IMG/VR virus record: IMGVR_UViG_3300005327_000002
Location: 1 to 64,000 of that record
Source: a virus
Length of the DNA stretch: 64,000 nucleotides
Reading direction: 5' to 3' (one strand)
Under the pieces are notes generated by a model. It worked only from the letters and a program-made list of their open reading frames with translations, did no database searches and was not told the origin of the DNA. Each line of letters starts with the position of its first letter. Positions within the stretch are counted from its first letter, which is position 1. Of this stretch, positions 1-9,629 are shown piece after piece. The position numbers and the translations under genes were made by a program.

Positions 1-1
1 G

Positions 2-328
2 GTGGAGGCCGGTGCGGGCGGCAGCGGCTGCGGGGAGGCCCAGCAGGAGGAGCCCCGAACCCAGCTCCCCTCCGGCGTCACCTGCCCGGAGTGCCTGGAG
101 ACCATCGCGGAGCGGGCGAAGGACGCGGCCGCCGACGACATCCCGGCCGTCCTGGAGCGCAGCGTGCTGGCCACGGTCCGGGTCGGCGGCCAGGAGCCGG
201 TGCTGACCGGGGACGTCGTCGGCCTGGGCCGCACCCGCACCGGCCTGTGGCAGGTGGCCGTCCTGTTCGCCTCCCTGGGCGTGGAGGAGCCGCTGATCTT
301 CCCCGCCGACCAGGTCACCCGCGCCTGA
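2..328 (+). CDS. Hypothetical protein (probably 5'-truncated by window), CxxC motif
   Basis: Open frame with GC3-biased codons, followed by hairpin. Confidence 0.55.
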   Translation: MEAGAGGSGCGEAQQEEPRTQLPSGVTCPECLETIAERAKDAAADDIPAVLERSVLATVRVGGQEPVLTGDVVGLGRTRTGLWQVAVLFASLGVEEPLIFPADQVTRA

Positions 329-383
329 CCCGACGGCCCCGGGCAACCGGCCCGGGGCCCCTACCCCCTGGAAGGGGAACACC

Positions 384-863
384 ATGACCGCCAGCACCAC
401 CTACACCGCCACCGAGGACGACGTCTGGGAGGCCCTGAAGCCGCACGGCTACCGCCCCCGGCCGGAGTCCTTCGGGGAGATCCTGCGCGCCGTGGAGAAG
501 ACCGCCGGGGTGGAAGTGAAGTACTCCATGGGCCACGTCGTGAAGACCGGCCCGACCGTCGCCCAGGCCGCCCTGAAGAAGCTGCTGGCCGCGATGGTGG
601 AGACCGGCCAGGTGGCCGTCTACACCCAGGCCGACTCCGGCCCGGTGGAGGGCCTGTCCCTGCACCACATCCGCCCCGGCGCGACCTACTACCTGCGCGC
701 CGACGCCTACCGCGCCGCCCGGGAGGCCGGGGACCGCGCCCAGGCACTGAACGCCCTGGGCGCCGCGCAGGCGGCCGCCCTGAAGGCGCTGGCCCGGGAG
801 TTCCCGCAGCGCTACCAGGAGCTGGTGGAGGCCCACCTGCGCGGCGACGCCGACCGCTCCTGA
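384..863 (+). CDS. Hypothetical protein
   Basis: SD GAAGGGG before ATG; Streptomyces-like codon usage. Confidence 0.7.
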   Translation: MTASTTYTATEDDVWEALKPHGYRPRPESFGEILRAVEKTAGVEVKYSMGHVVKTGPTVAQAALKKLLAAMVETGQVAVYTQADSGPVEGLSLHHIRPGATYYLRADAYRAAREAGDRAQALNALGAAQAAALKALAREFPQRYQELVEAHLRGDADRS

Positions 864-934
864 ACGACCTGCCGGGCGCCCGCTGGCGTGGCGCCCACAC
901 CCGAACCGCCCACACCCGAGAGGACCGCACCGAG

Positions 935-2197
935 ATGACCGACACCACCAGCACCGCTGCCGCAGACGGCCAGAGCTACTACCTGCTGGACCAGCCGGAC
1001 ATGATCTACCCCAGCCTGGACGACTACGGAGCCGCGCCGCACGACTACCTGACCGCCAGCGCGGAGCCCGCCTCCTTCGGCCCGCTGGACCCGGAATCCG
1101 GCGTGCAGGAGCAGTACCGCGACCTGGCCGTGATCGTGCCGCTGGCCGACCTGGAGCACCGCCAGATCCGGGTGGGCTCCCAGGCCCTGGAGGCGGAGCT
1201 GATGCGCATCTCCCGCCGCCTGGAGGAGGACCGGGAGCTGTGGGAGCGGGCCAAGGCCCGGGCCACGGAGGACTTCACCCACGCCCGCGCCCGCTACGCC
1301 CCGCTGGAGCAACTGCTGCGCCAGCGGTCGGCGGAGGTGCTGGCCGGGCAGGCGGCCGCCCGGGAGATGGAGGAGCACCGGGCGCAGGAGCGGGCGGCGG
1401 CCGCGCAGGCGGCGGAGGACGCGGAACTGGGCCCGCGCGACTTCGTGGTGCGGCGCCCCCGGGACACCGGCCAGCACTCCTCCGAGATGGACGTCCCCAC
1501 TGTCCACCTGGCGACGTGCGGGACGCTGAAGGACGCCCGGGAGTCGGGCCCCTCCAGCCGCCGGGTGCAGTGGCGCCTGGTGCGGGCGGCGGAGGCCTTC
1601 GAAGCGCTGATGGACGGCGCGACGCGGCGCCGCAAGCGCCTCAGCGCCTGGGACAAGGACCCGGACGGGGAGCGTCTGGAGGGCAAGGTGTGCCGCTCCT
1701 GCAAGCCCGGTGAGCGGCTGGCGGAGGTGGCGCCGGAGACCTACGCGGCCTGGGAGGCGCGCATGGACGCGGTGCAGCCGAAGACGGCGCCGACGGCGGC
1801 CGCCCTGATCCGGGACCTGGGCAAGGTCGGCGTCCGGGTGCAGAAGTTCGCCTCCCGGCCGGACATGTGGGCGGAGGCGCGCCTGTGGGCGGAGAACCTG
1901 CGCCGGGACGGTCTGCTGGCCCCGTACGAGACCGTGATCGGCTACCTGGTCCAGCCGGAGGGGGAGAGCAGCCCGGTCTGGGCGGACGGCGTCCTGGAGC
2001 GGCTGCCGGAGCTGGCGCCGCTGGCGGCCCGGGCGGGGCTGGCGGTGCGCGCGGTGCAGCGGCCCGTGCAGACCTGGGAGGAGGCCCAGCGGAAGGCGGA
2101 GGGCCTGGAGGACACGCCGCTGTCGGAGTACTACCTGGCGGTGCGACGGATGACGCGCGCGGAGATCAAGCGGGAGCGGGAGACGCGGGCGGCGTGA
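935..2197 (+). CDS. Hypothetical coiled-coil protein with DUF6233-like H/C motif (PTVHLATC...CRSCKP)
   Basis: SD GAGAGGA; coiled-coil segment; His/Cys pattern recalled from DUF6233. Confidence 0.6.
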   Translation: MTDTTSTAAADGQSYYLLDQPDMIYPSLDDYGAAPHDYLTASAEPASFGPLDPESGVQEQYRDLAVIVPLADLEHRQIRVGSQALEAELMRISRRLEEDRELWERAKARATEDFTHARARYAPLEQLLRQRSAEVLAGQAAAREMEEHRAQERAAAAQAAEDAELGPRDFVVRRPRDTGQHSSEMDVPTVHLATCGTLKDARESGPSSRRVQWRLVRAAEAFEALMDGATRRRKRLSAWDKDPDGERLEGKVCRSCKPGERLAEVAPETYAAWEARMDAVQPKTAPTAAALIRDLGKVGVRVQKFASRPDMWAEARLWAENLRRDGLLAPYETVIGYLVQPEGESSPVWADGVLERLPELAPLAARAGLAVRAVQRPVQTWEEAQRKAEGLEDTPLSEYYLAVRRMTRAEIKRERETRAA

Positions 2198-2207
2198 GCG
2201 GCCGGGC

Positions 2208-2236
2208 GGCCCCCGGGGAGGCCTTCCCCGGGGGCC
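2208..2236 (+). terminator. GC-rich inverted repeat after 935..2197
   Basis: ggccccccgggga...tccccgggggcc. Confidence 0.5.
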
Positions 2237-2372
2237 GTCGGCGTCTCCAGGAGCCCCCGACTCCATGGACAAATAGGACAAATCAGGCGGCCTCCGAGCA
2301 CCCCGTGTCCAGCATGTGGACACCCGGGCACCCAGCCCCACCTGCGCTTTCTCAAATGGGTTATCAAGTGAT

Positions 2373-2401
2373 TTGACAAGACGCTTTGCTGGTCCTAAGC
2401 T
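2373..2401 (+). promoter_or_regulatory. Sigma70/HrdB-type promoter TTGACA-N17-TAAGCT
   Basis: Near-consensus boxes with 17-nt spacer in AT-rich patch upstream of 2438. Confidence 0.75.
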
Positions 2402-2437
2402 GGCGAAGCCAGCACAGACCGACCGAAGGAGCCCCCG

Positions 2438-5400
2438 ATGGCCCGCACCGCCGCCACCAGCTACACCGCCCAGGCGACCGCCGAGACCACCGGAGAGACC
2501 TTCACCCGCACCATCCAGCTGGTGCAGCTGGCGGACGCGGTCCTGAAGGACGGCCCGGTCCTGCCGCTGGGGAAGAAGGACCTGGGGTACGGCAAGTCCT
2601 TCCGGACCGTGGTCATCACCGTGGCGGGCATCGGCTACGAGTTCGCCCGCACCAGCGGCGGCCTGCGCTTCGTCTGCGACACCTGCGACAACCACGGCTC
2701 CGGCCACCGCCGGGCCTACGCGGGCCTGCACGGCGGCCAGTGCTACCCCTGCAACGGCACCGGCCTGCAGGGTGAGGGCCGCACGGAGCAGGAGGCGATC
2801 ACCTACCTGGTGCGCCGCGCCAACGCCAACCGCCGCGCCGCCGCCCGCGCCGACGTGAAGTCCCAGGCCTCCGTCACCGACCGGGACAACCGCCGCGCCG
2901 CCTACCTGGCCGACAAGCCGGAGCTGGCCGCCTACGCCGCCACGGAGGCCGGTGAGTTCGTCGCGGACATGCTGCTGCGCACCGGCACCCTGACGGACAA
3001 CCAGCTGGCCGCCGCCGAGAAGGCCATGGCCCGGGACGCCGCCAAGGCCGCGAAGGCCGCCGCCTCCACCTACGCCGGGGCCAAGGGCGACAAGGTCACC
3101 GTCACCGGCACCGTGAAGGTCGCCAAGGTCCTGAACGGTGAGTTCGGGTCGAAGATGCTGATCATCGTGGAGGCGGCGGGCGGCGTCACCGTCAAGACCT
3201 TCTCCACCGCCGCCAGCGCCTGGGAGGTGAACACCGGCGACTACGTCACCGTCACCGCCACCGTGAAGGAGCTGGAGACCTACGACGGTGTGGCGCAGAC
3301 CGTGGTCACCCGCTCGAAGTTCACCCCCGCCCAGGCCCCCGCCGAGACCGCCGCCCCCGCCGCCGCCGCCGCCGTGGAGCCCCCGGCCCAGCCGGTCGCC
3401 CCGGCCGTGGAGGCCGCCGCCGCCGAGACCACCGCCCCGGCCTACACCCACAGCTACACCGTGGAGCGCCAGGAGCTGGAGGACGGGGAGGAGCAGTTCT
3501 GGGTGATCGAGGGCAAGACCGGCCGCCAGGTCACCTTCTTCGCCAGCCCGGAGGGCGCCGCCGAGACCGCCGACGACCTGAACCGGGGTGAGGCCACGGA
3601 GGAGGAGGTGCGCCACCCCTTCTACGACGGTCCCGGCACCGTCGCCCGCGCCGTGGCGGCCACCGCCTACTCCGTCCAGGCGCTGGCCGACCGCCAGGAG
3701 GCCGACGCCGCCGAGATCGCCACCAACGCCCAGGGCGTGCGCTACCGCACCGACACGGGCCGGATCGTCTCCCTCCCGCTGGAGATCACCACCCACCGCC
3801 GCACTGCCCGCGACACCTACACCGACGCCCGCACCCGCGTGATCGACACCCGGGGCGCCAAGCACGCCCGCGCCATCGTGCGGGCCGTCGCCCGGGACGG
3901 GGAGCTGGTGTCCGCCCGCTTCACGGAGCCGCTGGGCCGGGGCGCCGTCCACCACACCATCACCCTGCACACCGACGACGTCACCGGCTCCGACCGCGCC
4001 GGGACGTGGCGGCACTTCGGCACCAGCCGGGACGCCGTCCACTACGACCTGGACGCCAAGCCCGCGTTCCTGGACCTTCCCGACGACCCCCAGACTCCGG
4101 CCGCCCCGGCCGGGCACGACCGGCCGGACACCGACCCGGCCAGCACCACCGACACCGACGACACGAAGGAGGCCCCCGTGGCCGACCCCACCCCGGACGA
4201 CCTGGCCGCCGCCCAGCAGGCCGTGGCCGACGCCAAGGCCGCCCTGCCCGACGTCCACGTGACCCTCACCCGCACCCAGGTGGACCTGTTCCTGGAGGAC
4301 CGGGAGCACTACGCCGACGACGACTCCGCCGGGGGCGACGAAGACCGCCGCGCCCTCTACGCCCTGATGGGCCGCGCCACCGGGAAGAAGAACGTCTCCC
4401 TGGTCCTGGACGCCGGGCAGGCCTGCGACCTGCTGGACGCCTTCGACACCGTCTTCCAGCTCCTGGGCGATCAGGCCGCCTACGACGTGGCCGCCCGCAA
4501 CCGGCGCCGGGCCGCCGACGGCGCGGCGGAGCGCCTGGAGAAGGCCGGGGCCCTGCACATCCACAACTACAACGGCAAGCTGCAGGCCCTGAAGGGCGCC
4601 CGCAGCGTCCTGAAGAAGCTCCAGCAGGCCGGGCAGCCCCAGGAGGCCCCCGCACCGACCGGGGAGCAGCCGGTCCAGGAGCCCGCGCCGGGCCGCGACG
4701 TCCGCTCCGCCGCCGACGTCCCCGCCTTCCCCGCCACCTGGGAGGCCACCAACCGCAACGGCCTCCTGGAGCGCGGCTGGACGGCCCACCTCCTGGAGAC
4801 CCGCCTGGGCCAGCCCGACCGCCTGGACAACGTCCAGTGCGGCACCGCCACCCGCCGGGTCGGCGCCTGGAACCGGGACCGCGTCCTGCAGGAGGAGCGG
4901 GAGCTGCGCGGGGAGACCCGCGCCGACACCGCCACCCCGGCGGGCACCCGCGTGCGGATCGAGTCCACCGGCCGCACCGGCACGATCGGCGCCCTGCAGC
5001 TGGCCGCCGACGGGGGCGCCCCCGCCGACCAGGTCTCCGTGGACCTGGACCACCTCCTGCCCGGCGGCATCACCACGGAGCGCGCCCCACTGGCCGACGG
5101 CGTCACCGTCCTGGCCGACCAGACCCCCGTGGAGAGCGACGCCCGCACCCGGATGAACACCCGCCGGGAGGAGCTGCGACGTACCCGGGAGGAACTGCAG
5201 CACCAGGCCCGCGTCCTGGAGGCCCAGGAGCGGGCCCTGGAGGCCCTGGACCGCGACCGGCACGCCCTGGTGGCCGTCGACCTGCCGCAGCCCTTCCGGG
5301 TCCTGCTGGAGTCCCGCGAGGAGATCGCCGGACCGGAGCCCACCGACCTGGCGGCCGCGAAGCTGCGCCTGGCCTGGCGCTCCTCCCTGGTGATCGCCGA

Positions 5401-5590
5401 CCACGCCGGGCGCACGGACGGCCTGCTGCTGGTGTGCCTGCCGGAGACCGCCGCCCTGGTCGGCCGACTGGCCCGGGAGGTGGAGCAGGCGCCGCAGTGG
5501 ACCCTGGCGGACGACACCGACCGGGCCGCCGCCCGCGCCGTCCGCCAGAACGTGAACGCCGCCCTGGGCCGCCCCGCCCCGCAGGACTGA
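2438..5590 (+). CDS. Large multidomain hypothetical protein: DnaJ-like CxxC/CxxCxGxG zinc motif, OB-fold-like segment, several fused modules
   Basis: CDTCDNHGSG...CYPCNGTG; beta-rich GDKVTVTGTVK...VTVTATVK...QTVVTR; SD GAAGGAG. Confidence 0.7.
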   Translation: MARTAATSYTAQATAETTGETFTRTIQLVQLADAVLKDGPVLPLGKKDLGYGKSFRTVVITVAGIGYEFARTSGGLRFVCDTCDNHGSGHRRAYAGLHGGQCYPCNGTGLQGEGRTEQEAITYLVRRANANRRAAARADVKSQASVTDRDNRRAAYLADKPELAAYAATEAGEFVADMLLRTGTLTDNQLAAAEKAMARDAAKAAKAAASTYAGAKGDKVTVTGTVKVAKVLNGEFGSKMLIIVEAAGGVTVKTFSTAASAWEVNTGDYVTVTATVKELETYDGVAQTVVTRSKFTPAQAPAETAAPAAAAAVEPPAQPVAPAVEAAAAETTAPAYTHSYTVERQELEDGEEQFWVIEGKTGRQVTFFASPEGAAETADDLNRGEATEEEVRHPFYDGPGTVARAVAATAYSVQALADRQEADAAEIATNAQGVRYRTDTGRIVSLPLEITTHRRTARDTYTDARTRVIDTRGAKHARAIVRAVARDGELVSARFTEPLGRGAVHHTITLHTDDVTGSDRAGTWRHFGTSRDAVHYDLDAKPAFLDLPDDPQTPAAPAGHDRPDTDPASTTDTDDTKEAPVADPTPDDLAAAQQAVADAKAALPDVHVTLTRTQVDLFLEDREHYADDDSAGGDEDRRALYALMGRATGKKNVSLVLDAGQACDLLDAFDTVFQLLGDQAAYDVAARNRRRAADGAAERLEKAGALHIHNYNGKLQALKGARSVLKKLQQAGQPQEAPAPTGEQPVQEPAPGRDVRSAADVPAFPATWEATNRNGLLERGWTAHLLETRLGQPDRLDNVQCGTATRRVGAWNRDRVLQEERELRGETRADTATPAGTRVRIESTGRTGTIGALQLAADGGAPADQVSVDLDHLLPGGITTERAPLADGVTVLADQTPVESDARTRMNTRREELRRTREELQHQARVLEAQERALEALDRDRHALVAVDLPQPFRVLLESREEIAGPEPTDLAAAKLRLAWRSSLVIADHAGRTDGLLLVCLPETAALVGRLAREVEQAPQWTLADDTDRAAARAVRQNVNAALGRPAPQD

Positions 5591-5650
5591 CCGACCGCCA
5601 GCCCCCGGCCGCCCGGCCGGGGGCCCGTCCCGTACGAAGGAGAAGACGAC

Positions 5651-6151
5651 GTGAGGAACCGAAAGGACCGGTGGCTGGGCTTCGCGCAGGCCGCAGCCGC
5701 CGGGCTCCTGATGGCCGTGGCCGTGGCCTACGCCACCGGCGCCGGAAACACCCGGGTGATCGCGCCCCTGCTGTCCGTGTGCGCGCTGGCCGTGCTGCTC
5801 ACCACCCTGGCCCGCAGCTTCGGACCGCCCCCGGCCCTGGACGACCTGGACCGCCTCTACCGGCTGGGCCGCCTGGTGGAGGACCTGGCCCGCTGCCAGC
5901 ACGGCCACCTGCCGGGCCAGCCCTGCCGGTGCTGCGGGGGCTTCTCCCGGGGCAACCGCCTGCTGCACGCGGGCCAGCGCCTGGGGCACGACGGACCCGG
6001 CCGGGGCATCTTCTACCCCGGCCACGTCCAGCGCACCGACCCGGCCGCCTGGCGTATCCAGCCCGTCGTGGTCGACCAGGCGTGCACCGTCGACCCTGGC
6101 AGCCCGGCCGCCGTGAACCTGCTGAAGGACGAAGGGACCGACAAGCCGTGA
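5651..6151 (+). CDS. Membrane protein, two N-terminal TM segments, Cys/His-rich C-terminus
   Basis: SD GAAGGAG; hydrophobic helices. Confidence 0.6.
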   Translation: MRNRKDRWLGFAQAAAAGLLMAVAVAYATGAGNTRVIAPLLSVCALAVLLTTLARSFGPPPALDDLDRLYRLGRLVEDLARCQHGHLPGQPCRCCGGFSRGNRLLHAGQRLGHDGPGRGIFYPGHVQRTDPAAWRIQPVVVDQACTVDPGSPAAVNLLKDEGTDKP

Positions 6152-6849
6152 CCACCACCGCCAGCGACGCCGCCGAGTGTGGGCCCGTGCTGCTCCCCAT
6201 GAACGTGCTGGGCCTGCTCCTGCACCAGGCCTCCGTGGACGCCGACGGCCGCCTGTACCGCCTGCTGACCGAAGGCCCCCGCGCCGCGTCCGGCGGCTAC
6301 CAGACCGGCCGCTTCCGCTCCCCCGGCATGGACCCGGAAGAAGCCCGCCACCTGCTGGCCGCCCTGACCCGGCTGCGCTCCGCCATGAACGCCCGCACCC
6401 TCCAGGTCGTCGGCACCACCGCCCAGGAAGTCCACCAGGTCGTGCGCGCCGTCCAGGACGCCCTGCGCCCGCCCCGGCCCGCCGACGACCTGATGCCCAT
6501 GGAGGAGCGCAGGCAGTGCGGCCCCTTCCAGCTGCGCGCGGACGTCGGATTCCTGCTGGCCGCGTTCCTCTCCACCCAGGGCGACACCCGGGTGATGGGG
6601 CTGCTCCTGCAGCGCCACCACCTGGCCCAGCCCGCCGACCGCTCCGCCTTCTACCTGGCGTTCGGACAGGGGGACCTCACCGTCGGGGAGGCCCGCCAGC
6701 TGCACACCGCGCTGCGCCAGCTGCTGGGCGCGGTGGACGACACCCGGTCCTTCCCGCTGCGGGAGATCGACTTCCCCACCGTCCGCTACGGGGACGTGGA
6801 CCGGGCCCTGCAGGACCTGGACGACGCCATGGACCCCCGCGCGCGCTGA
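6148..6849 (+). CDS. Hypothetical protein (true start inside ORF 4006..6849)
   Basis: GTGA overlap with upstream stop, SD GAAGGGA, normal composition from VTTTASD onward. Confidence 0.65.
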   Translation: MTTTASDAAECGPVLLPMNVLGLLLHQASVDADGRLYRLLTEGPRAASGGYQTGRFRSPGMDPEEARHLLAALTRLRSAMNARTLQVVGTTAQEVHQVVRAVQDALRPPRPADDLMPMEERRQCGPFQLRADVGFLLAAFLSTQGDTRVMGLLLQRHHLAQPADRSAFYLAFGQGDLTVGEARQLHTALRQLLGAVDDTRSFPLREIDFPTVRYGDVDRALQDLDDAMDPRAR

Positions 6850-6866
6850 CCCGCCGCACACAGCAC

Positions 6867-6899
6867 GAAGGCCCCCGGAGGCGTCCTCCGGGGGCCTTC
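6867..6899. terminator. Bidirectional terminator between convergent genes
   Basis: gaaggcccccggagg-cgt-cctccgggggccttc perfect inverted repeat. Confidence 0.75.
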
Positions 6900-6911
6900 C
6901 GCGTTCCGGGC

Positions 6912-7286
6912 TCACTGCAGCCGCTGGCGGGCCTTGCGCACCATCAGGCCCAGCGCCTCCCCGGCCGCGACGTGCACGCGCAGCGGCCGCGCCGGGTCGC
7001 CCTGCCCGTGCGCCCGGCAGTCCGCCCGCTGCAGCTCCAGCAGCGCCTCCAGGCCGTCCAGTACGTCGTGGTCCACGGTGATGTACCGGCCCGTGCCCGT
7101 GCCGGAGCGGCGCACCCGGCCGGAGCGGATCGCGGCCCGCAGCGCCGGGGACACGGACACCCGCCCGGCGCCCGTGGGGACCAGGTCGGAGTTCAGGCGG
7201 GCCCACTCCAGGAACGCCCCGGACAGCGACAGCTGCACCGGCCCGGTCGCGGAATCGCGGGGCGTGTTGTACGCGGAGGTGTACAT
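6912..7286 (-). CDS. Hypothetical protein (MYTSAYN...)
   Basis: SD GAAAGGA upstream of ATG 7286. Confidence 0.6.
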   Translation of the reverse strand: MYTSAYNTPRDSATGPVQLSLSGAFLEWARLNSDLVPTGAGRVSVSPALRAAIRSGRVRRSGTGTGRYITVDHDVLDGLEALLELQRADCRAHGQGDPARPLRVHVAAGEALGLMVRKARQRLQ

Positions 7287-7374
7287 GACGTCGGGTCCTT
7301 TCGTGTGATCATCGGTTCGGGGACAGACGGGCCCGGGTGCGCGGGGAGCACCCGGGCCCGCTGTGGTCTCCGGG

Positions 7375-7941
7375 TCAGGCCAGCGGCCAGACCCACCAGC
7401 AGCCGACCACCGCCACGGCGGCCACCACCCAGTCGGAGGCCGCGCCGGAGCGCAGGCGGCCCAGGCGGACCATGTGCCAGCGGCGGCCGCGCACCGGCAG
7501 CGGCCACAGCAGGGGCACACCCATGCGGGTGCAGGCGTCGGCCAGCAGGTGGGACAGCCACCCGGCGAAGAACGCCCAGCCGACGGGCGCCCCCGCGAAC
7601 AGGTAGAACGGGGCCGCGCTGACGGCGGCCGCCAGCGCGGTGTGGGTGAGCGCGCGGTGGTCCGGGTCGATGCCGTGGTGGGAGCAGCGGTGCCAGGCGT
7701 CGTGGTCGCGGCCGCTGCCGGTGAGCTGGCGCAGGTTCCACGACGCGGCCCGGGCGGTGCGCTGGGCGGGGCGCCCCAGCGGGCCCAGGTAGCGGATCGC
7801 GGCGGAGCGGTGCGGGTGGTCCAGGTCGGGCAGCAGGGCGGCGGCCGCGCCGACCGCCAGCAGCCACGGCTGGCCGCCGCCGACCGCCACGACGGGCAGG
7901 ACGGCGGCGGCGCCGATCAGCAGGTGAGCCTCCGCGCGCAT
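7375..7941 (-). CDS. YdjM/DUF457-like membrane metal-dependent hydrolase
   Basis: Motifs H(6), LLPDLDH, HRALTHT, SHLLAD; TM helices. Confidence 0.8.
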   Translation of the reverse strand: MRAEAHLLIGAAAVLPVVAVGGGQPWLLAVGAAAALLPDLDHPHRSAAIRYLGPLGRPAQRTARAASWNLRQLTGSGRDHDAWHRCSHHGIDPDHRALTHTALAAAVSAAPFYLFAGAPVGWAFFAGWLSHLLADACTRMGVPLLWPLPVRGRRWHMVRLGRLRSGAASDWVVAAVAVVGCWWVWPLA

Positions 7942-7997
7942 GGGTCAGGCCTCCAGAAGGTGCGTCGGGGACGGCGCGCCCGCCCGGATCAGGTAGA

Positions 7998-8672
7998 TCA
8001 CTGCTCCACCCCTGGCAGGTACGTGTCCACGGCGACCTCCAGGACCACGGGGGTCTCCCCGGTGACGTGCTCGGAGGCCGGGGCGGTCCACACGCAGACG
8101 ACCTGGCGCACGGTCAGGTCGTCCCCGTCCAGCAGGCCCAAGGCGGCCGCCTCCTGGGTGTCGCCCTGGGTGACCAGGCCGTCCGAGTGCAGGCCGACCG
8201 TCAGCGGCGTGCCGGTGCGCTGGGTGTACAGGCGCTGCCAGCCGCCGGGCATCCGGTCTTCGGTGACCAGCTCCGGGACGAACTGCAGGACGGACCGGGC
8301 GATCCAGGACACGGAGTATCCGATGGTGCGCCCGTGCTTCGTGATGGTCCGGTCCCGGCGCAGCGCGGGCTGGCCGGACAGGAGCTGCGCCGCGACCCCG
8401 GAGGGGCTGGTCTCGGTGACGCGCCGGTAGGTGACCACGGTCCCGCTGGTGTTGGCGTCCACCAGCCCCTCCGCCTTCAGGGTGGCCAGCGCGGCGGAGG
8501 CCGTCTGAATGGCCACGCCGAAGTCCTCCGCGATCTTGCGTCGGGGCGGGAGGGTGTCGCCGTACGCCAGGCGGCCGCCGTAGATCGCGGCGCGGTAGTG
8601 GTCGGCGATGCGGGCCTGTGCGCCGGAGCGGGCCCGGCTGCGGCCGGTCGGGGTTTCGTTCGGGTCGGACAT
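7998..8672 (-). CDS. GntR-family regulator (KorA/TraR-like transfer repressor)
   Basis: IADHYRAAIYGGRL...LPPRRKIAEDFGVA...ALATLKAEGLV wHTH; divergent from transfer genes. Confidence 0.85.
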   Translation of the reverse strand: MSDPNETPTGRSRARSGAQARIADHYRAAIYGGRLAYGDTLPPRRKIAEDFGVAIQTASAALATLKAEGLVDANTSGTVVTYRRVTETSPSGVAAQLLSGQPALRRDRTITKHGRTIGYSVSWIARSVLQFVPELVTEDRMPGGWQRLYTQRTGTPLTVGLHSDGLVTQGDTQEAAALGLLDGDDLTVRQVVCVWTAPASEHVTGETPVVLEVAVDTYLPGVEQ

Positions 8673-8705
8673 GGCCTTGATCTCCTTTAGTTACGGATTG
8701 TGTTG

Positions 8706-8756
8706 GTCTGTCATAGCTTAGTGCTTGACACCCTGTGTGTCATAGAACACTCTATG
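8706..8756. promoter_or_regulatory. Overlapping divergent promoters with palindromic operator
   Basis: Plus: TTGACA(8725)-N17-CACTCT; minus: ATGACA(8743)-N17-TAAGCT; palindrome TGACAC-N5-GTGTCA 8726-8742. Confidence 0.7.
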
Positions 8757-9056
8757 TGTACGCCCGGCAAGACGGTAGACCCAATCCGCCGGGTGAGATG
8801 ACCCACCAGCCGCCCGGAGGCGACCCGAGAGGGCCCGTGCCGGAAGCGCAAGTCATTTGATAACTGAATGGAGACCGGCCGCATGAGCGCCGCCCCTACG
8901 CCGGGGGTGGGCGGGTTCGATGCCCGCGCCGGTCGCTGGCCACCCACCGCCGATCCGGGGAGGACGTCGTGGCCCGTCGTAGGAGGAACGATCCGGCCCC
9001 GGGCCAGGACCCGCTGCCGGGCATAGACGACTACCTCACCGGAATGGCGGCCCCGG

Positions 9057-9443
9057 GTGGTCACCATGGGTCGCATGACGACCTTGGGAGAACGGACCTG
9101 GTACGCGATCCGTCGCGTGCCGCTGCAGAACAGCCCGCTGTGGGAGTCGCTGCAGAACGGTCAGATGGACCGGGACGTGCTGATGATCGCAGCCGACCCG
9201 GCGATGATCACGGCGGTGCGGGCGGCCGTCCGGATGACCGGCACGCCGGTCAGCAGGCAGGAGGCCGTGGCCCGGCTGCTGTACACCGCCGACCTGGGCC
9301 TGACCGGGCACCAGGCGCAGCAGGGTGCCGCCGCCGTGATCCGGTACGTGCGTAAGCGCAGGAACGAGAGGGAGGAGGCCCGCCGGTGCCCCGCGCCGCA
9401 AGCCGACTCATCGTCCGAGTCACCCGGCCCGATGGCCGCGTGA
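9057..9443 (+). CDS. Hypothetical protein (start uncertain)
   Basis: Helical-looking ORF downstream of plus-strand promoter. Confidence 0.5.
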   Translation: MVTMGRMTTLGERTWYAIRRVPLQNSPLWESLQNGQMDRDVLMIAADPAMITAVRAAVRMTGTPVSRQEAVARLLYTADLGLTGHQAQQGAAAVIRYVRKRRNEREEARRCPAPQADSSSESPGPMAA

Positions 9444-9568
9444 GTCGGACGGAGGTTCGGGAGACGTCCGGTGGCGCGCCCGCGCCGTCGGAGACCTACC
9501 GGGAGCTGTCGCAGGTCGGGTACCCGCCCTGCCGCTGCCCGGGCTGCAGGTAGAACAGAGCCCCACGA

Positions 9569-9604
9569 CGAAGGCCCCCGGCGTGATCGCGCCGGGGGCC
9601 TTCG
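9569..9604 (+). terminator. Strong hairpin just upstream of the transfer operon RBS
   Basis: cgaaggcccccggcg-tgatcg-cgccgggggccttcg. Confidence 0.55.
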
Positions 9605-9629
9605 CACTTCTGACGGAAGGAAGCATCCC

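Noticed and set aside
812-6025. Very long ORFs such as 812..6025(-), 14519..17008(-), 28075..31047(-), 47384..50038(+), 55164..57605(+)
   Set aside because: Shadow frames of real genes in high-GC DNA; Arg/Gly/Pro-rich or antisense-type composition with no motifs
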